DNA from: an uncultured archaeon
GTDB taxonomy: Archaea > Thermoproteota > EX4484-205 > JAAOZP01
Assembly (NCBI GenBank): GCA_938045545.1
Contig: CALIBN010000010.1
Location: forward strand, 46,240 to 110,239
Direction: 5' to 3'
DNA: 64,000 bases
Shown here piece after piece: positions 1 through 10,088 of the stretch. A program made the position numbers and the translations under genes. Position 1 is the stretch's first letter. Each line of letters begins with the position of its first letter. The notes beneath the pieces were generated by a model. The model was not told the DNA's origin. It did no database searches and saw only the letters and a program-made list of their open reading frames with translations.

Positions 1-180
1 CCAACCGCTGAAGTTGGCCAAATATACGTGGAATAATGGGTTTATATGAATGCTGTTAGCCCCGACTCCAAGAGTAAACTGTTTCTCGACCATGGGTGGC
101 GAGTAGAGATTCTGCGACTTTTTTTATCACCTGGATTCACTGTCTCCACAAGAGATTCTATACGGATGTGAAACGGTTTT

Positions 181-1137
181 CTACTCTAATTCCTCCGTGT
201 AAACTCCTTTTTCAACCGTTCTAAGGATCATCGTATGAGCATTCAGATTGCGCAACGCTTCCTCAACGGTGTTCAACGAGCCCTCATCAACCAGTGTAAT
301 GACGCATCCTCCACCGCCTCCGCCAGTAAGCTTAGCACCATACGCGCCGGCTGAAATGCTTGTCCACACCAGGGAGTCAAGCCTACTGTTTGAGACGCCC
401 ATTAGGGAGAGGAGAAGATGGTTTAACGTAATTAGCCTGCCTGCTTCAACCATGTCAGTCTGAAGGAGGCGGCTTATCTTGATTGTGACATCACTTATGG
501 AAGACATAATTATGTTGAAGAGATCCGGTTCCCTCTCCTTGAGGGACGCTACTTTGAGAATCATGTCCTTCGTACTCCGCTCCAAGCCTGAGTCAGCCAG
601 CAGGAATATGCCTTGGCCTGCCTCAAGCTTCTCAATCCCCTTGTCTTTAACGAACAGGATTAAGCCACCCCAGAGTGCTGCCGCCACGTCTACGCCGCTC
701 GGATTAACGTGCGCAACCTTTTCACCCTCCATCGCGAGGCTAAAAACTTTTTCGTCAAAAGGCTTCTCGTAAACCAGTTTGAGCAGAGCGTTGGCCAATG
801 CGACGGATAATGAGGCTGAAGAACCCATTCCAGAAGCGGGGGGAATATCTGAGCTTATGCGGATCCTGAGCCTACCTTTAAAACCTTCTGAATCCCGGAA
901 TACGTCTATGATTCTCGCGAAAGGCTTTAGCTGGCTTGGGCCTGAGAAAGCCCTGCCTATCATCTTCGCAACCCCATACTTGTCTGAGAATATTTCGTGG
1001 GCACCGATCTCGTCGAAAGCTTCAACAGAAACCTTCGAGTAAACGTTTACAGCAGCCACTAGGGCGGGGTGGCCATATACTACGGAGTGCTCGCCGGAAA
1101 TGATTACTTTCCCAGGAGCCTTGCAGACTATTTTCAA
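181..1137 (-). CDS. mvk: mevalonate kinase
   Basis: GHMP motifs PGKVIISGEHSVVYG, PPASGMGSSAS, SGVD, GAKLTGGGGGG; usual rps2-MEMO-mvk context. Confidence 0.93.
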   Translation of the reverse strand: MKIVCKAPGKVIISGEHSVVYGHPALVAAVNVYSKVSVEAFDEIGAHEIFSDKYGVAKMIGRAFSGPSQLKPFARIIDVFRDSEGFKGRLRIRISSDIPPASGMGSSASLSVALANALLKLVYEKPFDEKVFSLAMEGEKVAHVNPSGVDVAAALWGGLILFVKDKGIEKLEAGQGIFLLADSGLERSTKDMILKVASLKEREPDLFNIIMSSISDVTIKISRLLQTDMVEAGRLITLNHLLLSLMGVSNSRLDSLVWTSISAGAYGAKLTGGGGGGCVITLVDEGSLNTVEEALRNLNAHTMILRTVEKGVYTEELE

Positions 1138-1143
1138 CAGTGT

Positions 1144-1989
1144 TCACTTGTAGAAGGCTATTGAAGCGTAACCCACCACACCACCGTAATCGCCTGAAAT
1201 CTCTCCGCTGTTATAGTATTTCAACAGGGCGGATTTAGAGCACCCCATCTCCTTCACGCATGAGACTAGCGCTATAACTGGACCTAGGCCGCAGAGCGAC
1301 TCATAATTGACGGCGACGGAGTGAATCAGCTTCTCGTCCAGCGACTCTATTGCTCTGATGGTCTTCATATCGTTCTCCTCAGCCTCCCCTGCTGGAACAT
1401 AATGGCTCATGTCCGAGCTGGCGATAACGATGGCCTTTTTCCCTTCAAGAGCCCTGGATAAAGCTTTTCCAAGCCTAATATTCCTTTCAAGGTTGAAATC
1501 ATGTATAATTATTGGGATGAGCTTGAACGAGCCTCCGTAGACAAGCTGGAGGAATGGGAGCTGTATTTCAACAGAGTGTTCGAAAGCATGCGCGTGAAAA
1601 TTATCCTCGATGAAGGGCGCTGAGCTGAGCAGCAGGCTCACCGTCTGCCTGTCGACCTCCACGTCACCGAGCGGAGTACGCCAAACACCTTCGCTCATAG
1701 TGGCGAAGCCCGTGGAAGCCATATGGTGGTCGGGCCCCATCACCACCAGCGTTTCCCTAGGACCATGGTTAGCAGCCTCGCTGTATGCCCATGTGGCAGC
1801 CATACCTGAGTAAACGTATCCGGCATGTGGAACCATGAGGCCAAGCAAGCGGGGATCGTACTCTCCGAGAACCGGGATGCTTCCGTATCCCAGTCTCCCC
1901 TTGAAAAGACTTTGAAGCTGCTCTAGGAGTCTCTCCCTAGTACCCTCGTACCAGCTTCCAGCGTACGCTGGCTTTCTAACCCTAGCCAT
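1144..1989 (-). CDS. MEMO1 family protein (AmmeMemoRadiSam protein B)
   Basis: RKPAYAGSWY, PHAGYVYSG, EHSVEIQLPFLQ, SSDMSHY, VVGYAS; start taken at ATG 1989. Confidence 0.92.
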   Translation of the reverse strand: MARVRKPAYAGSWYEGTRERLLEQLQSLFKGRLGYGSIPVLGEYDPRLLGLMVPHAGYVYSGMAATWAYSEAANHGPRETLVVMGPDHHMASTGFATMSEGVWRTPLGDVEVDRQTVSLLLSSAPFIEDNFHAHAFEHSVEIQLPFLQLVYGGSFKLIPIIIHDFNLERNIRLGKALSRALEGKKAIVIASSDMSHYVPAGEAEENDMKTIRAIESLDEKLIHSVAVNYESLCGLGPVIALVSCVKEMGCSKSALLKYYNSGEISGDYGGVVGYASIAFYK

Positions 1990-1990
1990 G

Positions 1991-2629
1991 CTAGACTGTC
2001 CTCGCAGCCTCCTCAATCTGGGTCTCGAAAGCGTGGAAGTTTTCACTCATGCTTTCAGTCGGAGAGAGCACTCCCTTGTTCCTGAGAACCTCCCTTGTCA
2101 GCAGCCAGAATACTAGGGCTAGGGAGCTGCGCCCCTTGTTGTTGGCGGGAATTATAAGGTCTATGTAGGAGCAGGAGTCATCGGTGTCACATATGCCTAT
2201 CACGGGTATTCCGATGAGCGTTGCTTCTCGAATAGCCTTCTCGTCAACCTTAGGGTCTGAAACAAGAATTATCTTCGGAGAAATATAGCCTTCATACTTC
2301 GGGTTAGAGAAGATGCCCGGTGGAAACCTTTCTACAATAGGCTTGAAACCAGTGTACTCGCACATTTTAAGGACCGGTGTTCTCCCATACTCTTTCCCGG
2401 ATACTATTATCACGTCACTTGGCTCATACCTGGAAAGCCCCTTTCCGGCAACCCTAATCTTCTCATCGGTTTGAGCAATCTCAATCAGGTTCAGCCCGTC
2501 AGGCCTAGTAAACCTTACGAAGCGCCTCATGCAGACAGTGCAAACCTTTGTTCCTATGTGGACGCCTGCAGCAATGTACTCCGTCCTCAGAATCAACAGA
2601 CCTTCTCCGCTCCTCTCACTCGTGCTCAT
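1991..2629 (-). CDS. rps2: 30S ribosomal protein S2 (uS2)
   Basis: AGVHIGTK, RFPPGIFSNP, DLIIPANNKGRSSL. Confidence 0.97.
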   Translation of the reverse strand: MSTSERSGEGLLILRTEYIAAGVHIGTKVCTVCMRRFVRFTRPDGLNLIEIAQTDEKIRVAGKGLSRYEPSDVIIVSGKEYGRTPVLKMCEYTGFKPIVERFPPGIFSNPKYEGYISPKIILVSDPKVDEKAIREATLIGIPVIGICDTDDSCSYIDLIIPANNKGRSSLALVFWLLTREVLRNKGVLSPTESMSENFHAFETQIEEAARTV

Positions 2630-2850
2630 TGCCTGTAATCCTCCCCCAGCGATAATCCTCGGGAGTATGAAAGCAGCTCGTCGATATAATCAACATGAGA
2701 AATAAACATTCGCCTGCAACAGATCCTTGTAACGTTGAGAGAGTCTAGCACCTGCTTTGGATCCTCGCCTGAAGCAACCCTACTCTGGTATTCCTCCCAC
2801 AAGTGGCCTATTACCTTGCCGCACGTGAAACATCTAACTGGAAACATCAA
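2626..2850 (-). CDS. rpoN: RNA polymerase subunit Rpo10 (N)
   Basis: PVRCFTCGK...RICCRRM. Confidence 0.98.
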   Translation of the reverse strand: MMFPVRCFTCGKVIGHLWEEYQSRVASGEDPKQVLDSLNVTRICCRRMFISHVDYIDELLSYSRGLSLGEDYRQ

Positions 2851-2861
2851 GCCATAGTCAC

Positions 2862-3275
2862 CTACCTGTAGGACTTCTGGAACCTCCTTCTAGCACCTGG
2901 TCCTCCAAATTTCTTGGGCTCCTTTCTCCGGGGATCTCCAGAGAGGAGATGCCTGTCGAAGCTTCTGAAAATGTTTCTAACAGTGGAGCTCCTCGTCCAC
3001 TGAGTAATACCTCTGGCTAAAGCCTGCATAACCGCCCTGGCCTGCGAAGCATGACCCCCGCCTTCAACCTTAACCTCGACGTCAACATCCTTAAACTGTT
3101 CAGGAAGGAGTTTCAAAGGCGTTAAGGCGAGCATCCTGTAGGGATCGTAAAGCCAGTTTTCAGCGGGGTAACCGTTTATCGTAACGCGCCCGGAACCCTG
3201 CTTAACAACAGCCCTAGCCACTGAGCTCTTAACGGAACCAGTTACAACAAGGGGCAGTTTCCTAGGGGTCGGCAA
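2862..3275 (-). CDS. rps9: 30S ribosomal protein S9 (uS9)
   Basis: GGG..SQA, DPRRKEPKKFGGPGARRRFQKSYR. Confidence 0.97.
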   Translation of the reverse strand: MPTPRKLPLVVTGSVKSSVARAVVKQGSGRVTINGYPAENWLYDPYRMLALTPLKLLPEQFKDVDVEVKVEGGGHASQARAVMQALARGITQWTRSSTVRNIFRSFDRHLLSGDPRRKEPKKFGGPGARRRFQKSYR

Positions 3276-3277
3276 AT

Positions 3278-3718
3278 CTAGTCAGCCTCCGGGACGCTGA
3301 AAAACCCTTTCAAGTCTGAAAGGGTGAAAGAGCTTCTCCCAAGCCTAGAGGCGTCAGCATCCTTAAACCTAACAGCCTCACCCTTAACACTACTCGGCCA
3401 GCCGCAGTAGACTCTGAGCCTTCTAAAGGCCTCCATCCCCTTAGGCTTATCCATTGGAAGCATGCTTTTTACAACGCTCCTAACATAGGTCACTGGGTTC
3501 CTAGGATGCCTCGGCGTATGCTTAGGGTTCCTAACGCTCTTCACCTCCAGGAAGCCCACGTACTCCCTGATGAAGCTGTCCTTTCTCCCAGATACTCTTG
3601 TCTTCTCAGCGTTAACCACGTAAACCCTGTATCCTTCAAGAAGCCTTTTAGCTATGATTGAACACATTCTTCCTAGAACCTGGTCGGTTGCGTCAACCAC
3701 GAGAATCCTTTCAGACAA
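3278..3718 (-). CDS. rpl13: 50S ribosomal protein L13 (uL13)
   Basis: DATDQVLGRMCSIIAKRLL, VVNAEK. Confidence 0.96.
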   Translation of the reverse strand: MSERILVVDATDQVLGRMCSIIAKRLLEGYRVYVVNAEKTRVSGRKDSFIREYVGFLEVKSVRNPKHTPRHPRNPVTYVRSVVKSMLPMDKPKGMEAFRRLRVYCGWPSSVKGEAVRFKDADASRLGRSSFTLSDLKGFFSVPEAD

Positions 3719-4055
3719 TTATTTTCACCCCCGAGCCCTTCTGTTCAACCTCTGCAAACTCGTCCAACCGCATAACCTTGCATCCGGCTGACCTAAGCTT
3801 ATCTAGCGCGGCCGAGGAGAAGGAGAGGGCGGCAACCGTGACACTATGGTTGATCTCCCCCTTGCCTAGGACTTTCCCAGGGACCACTACACGGTCACCC
3901 TGCTTGGTTAAACGCGAAATCTTACCCACGTTTACCTCGGCCATCCTGCTCCTAGGCCTGGACAAAAGGCTCTCAACCCTCCTCCAGAACCTGGAGTCAC
4001 CTGCCGCCTTCCTCACCGAAATCAACACCCTCCTCGCCGCCACGCTTCTCTTCAA
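3711..4055 (-). CDS. rpl18e: 50S ribosomal protein L18e (eL18)
   Basis: VNVGKI, VVVPGKVLGKG, AALSFS; TTG start overlaps the rpoD 3' end. Confidence 0.95.
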   Translation of the reverse strand: MKRSVAARRVLISVRKAAGDSRFWRRVESLLSRPRSRMAEVNVGKISRLTKQGDRVVVPGKVLGKGEINHSVTVAALSFSSAALDKLRSAGCKVMRLDEFAEVEQKGSGVKIIV

Positions 4056-4680
4056 CCTCAGGAAGCGTGAGAGAATCCAGAAGCGTTTTAAACTTATCTC
4101 TCAAAATATCAAGAGCCTGCCTGAAAACCTCTATTGAGGGTAGAGAACCTGTTGATTCAAGCCTGAAAACGAAAGCATCCGGGGAATCCGTGAAGCTGTA
4201 CGTGGCCAGGGAGGCGGGCTGCCATTTAGCATGCATCTTACCCCTTCCAAGCCTAGCTAATGCCTCCAGCCTGAGCTTCCCACCTGGGGGTAGCTTAGTT
4301 ATAGGAATATTGCCGTAGACAGGGTAAACATCCTCATCCCTGCAGACAAGATGCTTGGAGTAAACCGTCAAAGGCGAGTCGCCGGCTGAAACATCTATGC
4401 TCAGCGTGGTGAAACACTTCTCGCTAGAGCCAAGGCACTCCGGGGAATCCATCGGAAGATATTTTCCAGGCGGGGTTCTCAAGGGTATCAGGCCAAGCCT
4501 GTTTGAAAGGACCTCGTCGAACATCGGGCTCGAGTTTTCAAAGATGAAGACCTCGTGAACCGCCAGCGTAGGAACCTCTTCAAGAATAGCCCTTCTTATA
4601 GCGTTTACAAGCGCCTCTGAGCATCCTTCTAGCCTAGCCTCTAGATAATCGTCGCTCAGCTTAAGTATCTTTACATCCAT
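3997..4680 (-). CDS. rpoD: RNA polymerase subunit Rpo3 (D)
   Basis: NAIRRAILEEVP, DEVLSNRLGLIP, GRGKMHAKWQP, ESTGSL. Confidence 0.96.
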   Translation of the reverse strand: MDVKILKLSDDYLEARLEGCSEALVNAIRRAILEEVPTLAVHEVFIFENSSPMFDEVLSNRLGLIPLRTPPGKYLPMDSPECLGSSEKCFTTLSIDVSAGDSPLTVYSKHLVCRDEDVYPVYGNIPITKLPPGGKLRLEALARLGRGKMHAKWQPASLATYSFTDSPDAFVFRLESTGSLPSIEVFRQALDILRDKFKTLLDSLTLPEVEEKRGGEEGVDFGEEGGR

Positions 4681-4797
4681 ATTAACGTGCTATTTTCCCC
4701 GAGAAGGTATTTAAGGGTTAGCTTCAACGGCCATGGGCCGCTAGGCGCTGAAGCCGCTTGAAGAACGCTTATTAACCCCCTTTAGCAGGATGGCCGC

Positions 4798-5193
4798 GTG
4801 AGCACTGAACAGGGGAAGTATGCAGTCGTACGAATATACTCCTCCAGCAACAACACTATAGTGCATGCTACGGATCCAAGCGGCGCCTCAACACTCGCAG
4901 TATCCGCAGCAGGCCAGCATGTTAAAGCTGATAGGCTTGGAGGCAGCCCTTATGGTGCGATGATGGCTGCAAACGCTGTGGCTGGAGCCTTGAAGAAGCT
5001 TGGAATAACAAGCATTAAGGTAAGGGTCAGGGCTCCGGGGGGCATAAAGTCTAGAACCCCTGGACAGGGGGCTCAGGCAGCTATAAGAGCATTAACAAGG
5101 GCTGGCCTAAGGATAATAGCGATAGAGGATGTAACACCAATTCCAACCGACGGGACTAGGAAACCCGGAGGCAGAAGGGGGAGAAGATTCTAG
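4798..5193 (+). CDS. rps11: 30S ribosomal protein S11 (uS11), inverted relative to its operon
   Basis: [43 protein letters not shown]. Confidence 0.97.
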   Translation: MSTEQGKYAVVRIYSSSNNTIVHATDPSGASTLAVSAAGQHVKADRLGGSPYGAMMAANAVAGALKKLGITSIKVRVRAPGGIKSRTPGQGAQAAIRALTRAGLRIIAIEDVTPIPTDGTRKPGGRRGRRF

Positions 5194-5467
5194 CCTTTTA
5201 AGACAGGGTTTAACCTACACGGGCAAATCCATTCTCCACCTGCTTTACCCAGTTTTCGAAACCATTCTTCCTGCAAACCTTTAACAGCAAGACAAACGAT
5301 GCTCGATTGCTTAACCCAGAGTCATAATGCACGCTCAGCCTTACCTATCCTACTACGGTCTATTCAAAACCATCTGTTTAGACCGCTTGGTTAAGCGAGC
5401 TTCGTGAGGAACTTTTACCAACCTTGCCCTCATATCACAGACGGCCTCTTCAATCCCCGAGAGAAAA

Positions 5468-5959
5468 CTAAGCTGCCTTGGCCTCTTCGACTGTCTTAAC
5501 CCTTACGAGTGGTTCTTCCTCTCTAGTGACGAAGTATCCTGGGGATCTTACAATCTGGTCGCCTATCATGATCTTGCCGTGAACTATAGCCTGCCTAGCG
5601 CTGTGAATAGTCTTTGCAAAACCTTTCCTGTAGACGATTGTTTGAAGCCTCCTTTCAAGAATGTTTGAAACAGTCAGTGAGAGAACATCGTCAAGCTTCG
5701 CGTCTTTGCCGACCAAGCCAAGCCTGTAGAGCCTTGAAATAAGCTCAGACTCCCTCTTAACCCTTTCCTCGCCCGTCAGGCTCAGATAAGAGCGGGCTGA
5801 AGCCCTAACACCCCTGAGGAAGGATGCGGCCCTCCAAAGTTCCCTCTTGTTCCTTAAACCATACTCCCCCACGAGTATAAGCTCCTCCGTCAGACGCTCT
5901 TTAACCCATGGGTGTTTCGGATGCAGGATTTTGCTTCTAATCTTACGCGGGTCACCCAT
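5468..5959 (-). CDS. rps4: 30S ribosomal protein S4 (uS4)
   Basis: MGDPRK, YGLRNKRELW, LERRLQT, ARQAIVHG. Confidence 0.97.
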   Translation of the reverse strand: MGDPRKIRSKILHPKHPWVKERLTEELILVGEYGLRNKRELWRAASFLRGVRASARSYLSLTGEERVKRESELISRLYRLGLVGKDAKLDDVLSLTVSNILERRLQTIVYRKGFAKTIHSARQAIVHGKIMIGDQIVRSPGYFVTREEEPLVRVKTVEEAKAA

Positions 5960-5965
5960 TCCTCA

Positions 5966-6442
5966 TCACTTTTTCTCGCTTCCAGAGGACTTCAAAGCAG
6001 CCTTTGAAAAACCAACAGGCCCACCGGTCCTGCCGGTTGTCCTAGTCCTCTGACCCCTTACCTTTAAGCCGAGCGAGTGTCTAACACCCTTCCAAGACTT
6101 AATCCTCATCATCCTCTCAATATCCATCTTCTGAGCCAATTCTAAGTCGGACGTTATCAGATGCTTATCCTCACCAGTTATAGGATCCTTCCTCCTGTTA
6201 AGCATCCAAGCCGGGAGGTTTAGCGACTTAGGGTTGTTCAGGGTTGCCTCTATCCTTGAAACCTCATCATCAGTCAAGTAGCCGAGACGAGTATCCATAG
6301 GTATGTTTAGCGCGATGCATACGGCTCTCGCCGTAGCCCAACCTAAGCCTTTCACCTGTGAAAGACCATCCAGTACTCTCCTCTTACCGTCGCAATCCAC
6401 ACCGGCGATCCTCACTATCTCCTTAAACTCCCTGTTGCTCAT
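5966..6442 (-). CDS. rps13: 30S ribosomal protein S13 (uS13)
   Basis: WMLNRRKD, GVRHSLGLKVRGQRTRTTGR. Confidence 0.97.
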   Translation of the reverse strand: MSNREFKEIVRIAGVDCDGKRRVLDGLSQVKGLGWATARAVCIALNIPMDTRLGYLTDDEVSRIEATLNNPKSLNLPAWMLNRRKDPITGEDKHLITSDLELAQKMDIERMMRIKSWKGVRHSLGLKVRGQRTRTTGRTGGPVGFSKAALKSSGSEKK

Positions 6443-7199
6443 AAAGGCTTAATGACGCTTACCGGAGCCTGGTTATAAACATTATTTCTGGACAACATAG
6501 AAAAAGGAGGGTTAAACCCGGTAACGAGGGTTTCACTTTAGGGGGTTGGAACCAGTATTCCCTCAGTGATTAGCCGCGTGGAAACTGGTTGCTGAACAGC
6601 TTTACATACTTTATCCTTTAAAGGAGTGGCCTCCTATTCCTTCTCACCTTTACAAACTCTTTGCAGAATCTTTGTTTCTCTTTAGAGTCAAATCACACAT
6701 TAAGTGCGCAGCGTGAACCACGTCAGCCCTCCTCACTATCTCGTTGAAGACTTGCTCTTCAGACATATCCTTAGGGTTAAAGACTAAGGTGAAAAACGTG
6801 CTACGCCTGGATTCAGCTCAAACTCGACATCTACCCAGTATTTTTTCCTTTATTCTTCTGGCCACTTCTTTTCCCCAGTACAATGGTAGGATGAAGCCAC
6901 CATAGGGTCTTCCAAATACTTCTCCCACTTCCCGTTAACTAGGTCATTAAGTATTTCATCCCTTTCTTTATGCACCTTCTTCTAAATCCTATTCCTTTCC
7001 TCCTCGCTCTTCGCCTTCTTCAGCTTGGAGCAATATACACCCAGATCTAAAACTGTCTCCACGATATAGCGCGTGCCAGCAGTTCGTATATATCTGGGCC
7101 AAAAGGTCCTATTTCTGGAAATAGAACCTTTTTACAAGAATAAAAAAGGTTTATTACTCGGCTTTTCTTTTTCGGTAAAAGGAGAAGAGAAGAGAGAAA

Positions 7200-7774
7200 A
7201 TGGGCATAAAACTTGATAAAAAAATAATTATTATTGTGTTTAGGCTGCTGGTCTCTAGTTCAGTAATATCCTTCGTAATTACGAGTGTTTTGTGTTACTC
7301 GCTCTGGGGTTACTACTGGAGTAAACCTCCATATCATAACCTTGAATATGGAAATGTTTCATCTTCAAGTTATTGGGCAGTGGAAGACGCTATCTCCGAC
7401 TGGAATAATATACCGATAACGAACCATCCTTCCTTTTATCCTGTAATCTCTGGGCCCCCTCAACACGTTGAAATCCATGACACTTATAACTCCACTGCCT
7501 TATGGGATGGAAAATGTTGGCTATCTCAAACTTCGGAAATATAATTGAGCATGCAATAATCTACCTTAACACCTATTATGTCGATAGTTACTCTTACAAT
7601 AAAAAGAAGTCTTTAGCCTGTCACGAGCTTGGCCATGTTCTTGGATTATACGACGTGGGGCCCTATAATCCAGTAATAATGAATGGATATACTTATTACA
7701 GATACGATGTTTACGGAATTTCCACTCCACAACAAGACGACATAAATGGAGTAGCAGCAATCTATGGGGGATGA
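7200..7774 (+). pseudogene. secreted matrixin-like (metzincin) zinc metalloprotease, split by a frameshift near 7520-7540
   Basis: N-terminal hydrophobic signal in 7200..7544; HELGHVLGL zinc motif, downstream IM Met-turn and DDINGVAAIYG in 7502..7774; the two ORFs overlap. Confidence 0.75.
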
Positions 7775-7780
7775 AGGGGG

Positions 7781-8422
7781 ATGAAGAGGAATAGCTTGAT
7801 AAAATTAAAGTCCGCATCTATTTTGATAGGAATTATCGTCGGATTGCTCAGCAGCCTGGTCACAATCAACCATATCCTAAATCCACAGCATATGATGAAT
7901 AATGCTGAAAACGATGAAACTGAAGATGCGGTTGAGGTAAGTTGGGTAATATATTTCAGCAACTTAAGAGAGCTTGTAACAAACTCCGATGTAATAATTC
8001 TAGGAAAAGTCATCGATGCTAGAACGATTATTAGGACTATTTATGAACCATGGGGTACAAAGGATATAGGGACTGCATATAAATTTGAAGTCGAGCAAGT
8101 GATAAAAGGTGATCTTAGAGTCGGCGAGGTCATAGGATTCGCTCTGAGTGGAGGCATAATTAATGGGAAGCCGAGAATGGTCATAAGAGAGGATCCTTTG
8201 GCGAACGTTGGTGAACGGCTTATACTATTTCTAAAACGCACCGAAGGAGGCTTTGCGATTCAGGGTCCATGGGGAAGATTTATCGTAATTTCAAATAAAG
8301 TGTATTCGTTGGGCGCCATTTATCTGGCTTCGAAAAACTATTCATTGGACGTCAATGGAACCAACCTAGAAGAATTCATAAAAGAAATACAGGTTATCAT
8401 GACAACATTTTACATAGGCTAG
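7781..8422 (+). CDS. membrane-anchored hypothetical protein, partner of the metalloprotease
   Basis: 213 aa ORF, N-terminal TM segment, directly downstream and co-oriented. Confidence 0.7.
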   Translation: MKRNSLIKLKSASILIGIIVGLLSSLVTINHILNPQHMMNNAENDETEDAVEVSWVIYFSNLRELVTNSDVIILGKVIDARTIIRTIYEPWGTKDIGTAYKFEVEQVIKGDLRVGEVIGFALSGGIINGKPRMVIREDPLANVGERLILFLKRTEGGFAIQGPWGRFIVISNKVYSLGAIYLASKNYSLDVNGTNLEEFIKEIQVIMTTFYIG

Positions 8423-8738
8423 TAGCGCGCTAGCAGACTGAGCTCGTAAAAGGCTTCTATAATAGTTTTTCTTCTTCCATGCTTGCCCCTTGGCCAGATT
8501 CGGGCTTTTTGAGCCGCCAAGCGGGTATTCTACCAATGAACTACAGACCCTAGCGTTAACCTTTTTCCTAATGATATTTAAGCTTTCCCTATAATCTTAA
8601 TAGATCTGAATACGAAATATGGTCTAATATCCAAGTTACCCATCATTATATTACTAACTCTATTACAAATAGGGCTAGTTAAAAACCCAGCTGTTCCTGT
8701 TACATCTTGGAAAAATAGTCTTCCGAAGAATATCTGGG

Positions 8739-8963
8739 CTAGCGTACACTATAATATAAAATATAAAATGAGAATTTGAGTGCGATATAAAATGAGAATT
8801 TGAGTGCGCGCTCCCACCAATACTTGTACTCCATCCACCCTCGGAGTATTCTATCCAGTATCTCCTCTGAGGAGAGACGGGAATATTTTTGGAAGGAATC
8901 CATCTTCCTGAAGTATTCTATGGAATCTACGAATCGCTTCTTAAGCTCTGGGTTTATCATCAC
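8739..8963 (-). pseudogene. truncated copy 1 of the repeated KRFVDSIxYxRKMDFF (immunity-like) family
   Basis: N-terminus INPELKKRFVDSIEYFRKMDSF..SSEEILDRI matches 53830..54510; homology stops at GAGTGCGCGCTC (8802-8813). Confidence 0.85.
8761..8808. repeat. 24-bp perfect tandem duplication
   Basis: ATATAAAATGAGAATTTGAGTGCG twice (8761-8784, 8785-8808). Confidence 0.95.
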
Positions 8964-9872
8964 CGTTACTAATCATGAATTCAACTTTTAAGCATAACTT
9001 TTTTAATTTCATGTAAAAGCTTGGTTCCCCCCAATATGTTGTGCAGAAAAGATTGTGTGAAGCTGAGGTTTGGAATACGTGAGATTCAATATCCTCCTTT
9101 ATCTGGTGCACGGGGATTAAACAAACAATGAAACTATGAAGAATGAAGATTAGAGGTGATTGGGAAGAAAAGACAGATAAAAGCAGAAAAGGGTCAGAAG
9201 AAATAAGGTCGTGCTATTCTCCAAGGTGAAGAGTCCGGAAATGGTATCGTGAAATCGGTTGATCTCTTCTTCCGTTGATGGTATTTTTCTTCTAAGCATT
9301 TCCCCGATCTCGGCTAAGGAATAAATTTATTTGGTTCCATTTTCTCAAGAATGTTATGTTATAGATTTATACCACGAAAGAGAACGTTTTTGAAACAAAG
9401 CTTATGATGCTTAAAGAAACAAACAACTCCTAATCTTTAAAAGATTTCAGTAAAATTATAGATTGCCAGATGAACCGCTTAAACTATGGTGAAAACTCTC
9501 CCAAGGATGGATTCATACAAAAGGAATCGTGTAAAAAATTATTGAACATATCAAGGGAAAAATCGGATTTACCTTCATAAGCATTCTATAAGTGACCCAT
9601 AAAAGCCCAATCTGGTCACCGATGTCTCCGAAAGTCATTGAATTAAAAGCTGGGAGACTTAAAGGGGAGCCCTAACCCCAGGGCCTTAGTCGAGAAATGC
9701 CTAGCCTTATGAGACTCTATGGCCTACGAGGATGGACATCGCAATAGACTATGGTGGAAGATCGAGAAGGATAAGGATTTAAGATGGTGTTGACAGAATA
9801 ATGAAAATGTTGCCTACTGAGTGTCACCTCATGATCCCGAGATCCTTCATAACCTTAAGTTAGTTAAAGCAT

Positions 9873-9973
9873 CGCTGGGGACGGGATTCGAACCCGCACG
9901 GCCCAGAAGGGCCACAAGCTTGCTTGAAGAGCTTTTCTCCAGGCTTGCGCCTTGCCAGTTCGGCCACCCCAGC
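9873..9973 (-). tRNA. tRNA-Ser(GGA) with 16-nt intron at 37/38 (9921-9936)
   Basis: Acceptor GCTGGGG/CCCCAGC, anticodon stem CAAGC/GCTTG with loop CT-GGA-G, long variable arm, GGTTCGAATCC. Confidence 0.92.
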
Positions 9974-10088
9974 GCGATATATTGAGGCACGCCCATCTTA
10001 AAAGTTTTTACAACATGCTTACAAAAGGCGTTTTTAAGTTTTAGGAGCGAGTTACGCTTAAATGCAACTTCATGAACATTAGTGATGG

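Noticed and set aside
1-93. Minus-strand ORF start running off the window edge
   Set aside because: Only 31 codons are visible and there is no recognisable motif.
7502-7544. Metalloprotease frameshift as a second mRNA intron
   Set aside because: No bulge-helix-bulge could be drawn; a single-base indel suffices.
9000-9860. AT-rich decayed ORF fragments (also 6480-7060, 11780-12540, 26720-27230, 28060-28520)
   Set aside because: Too fragmented to assign products; one piece near 27000-27200 faintly resembles DUF362 but is not supportable.
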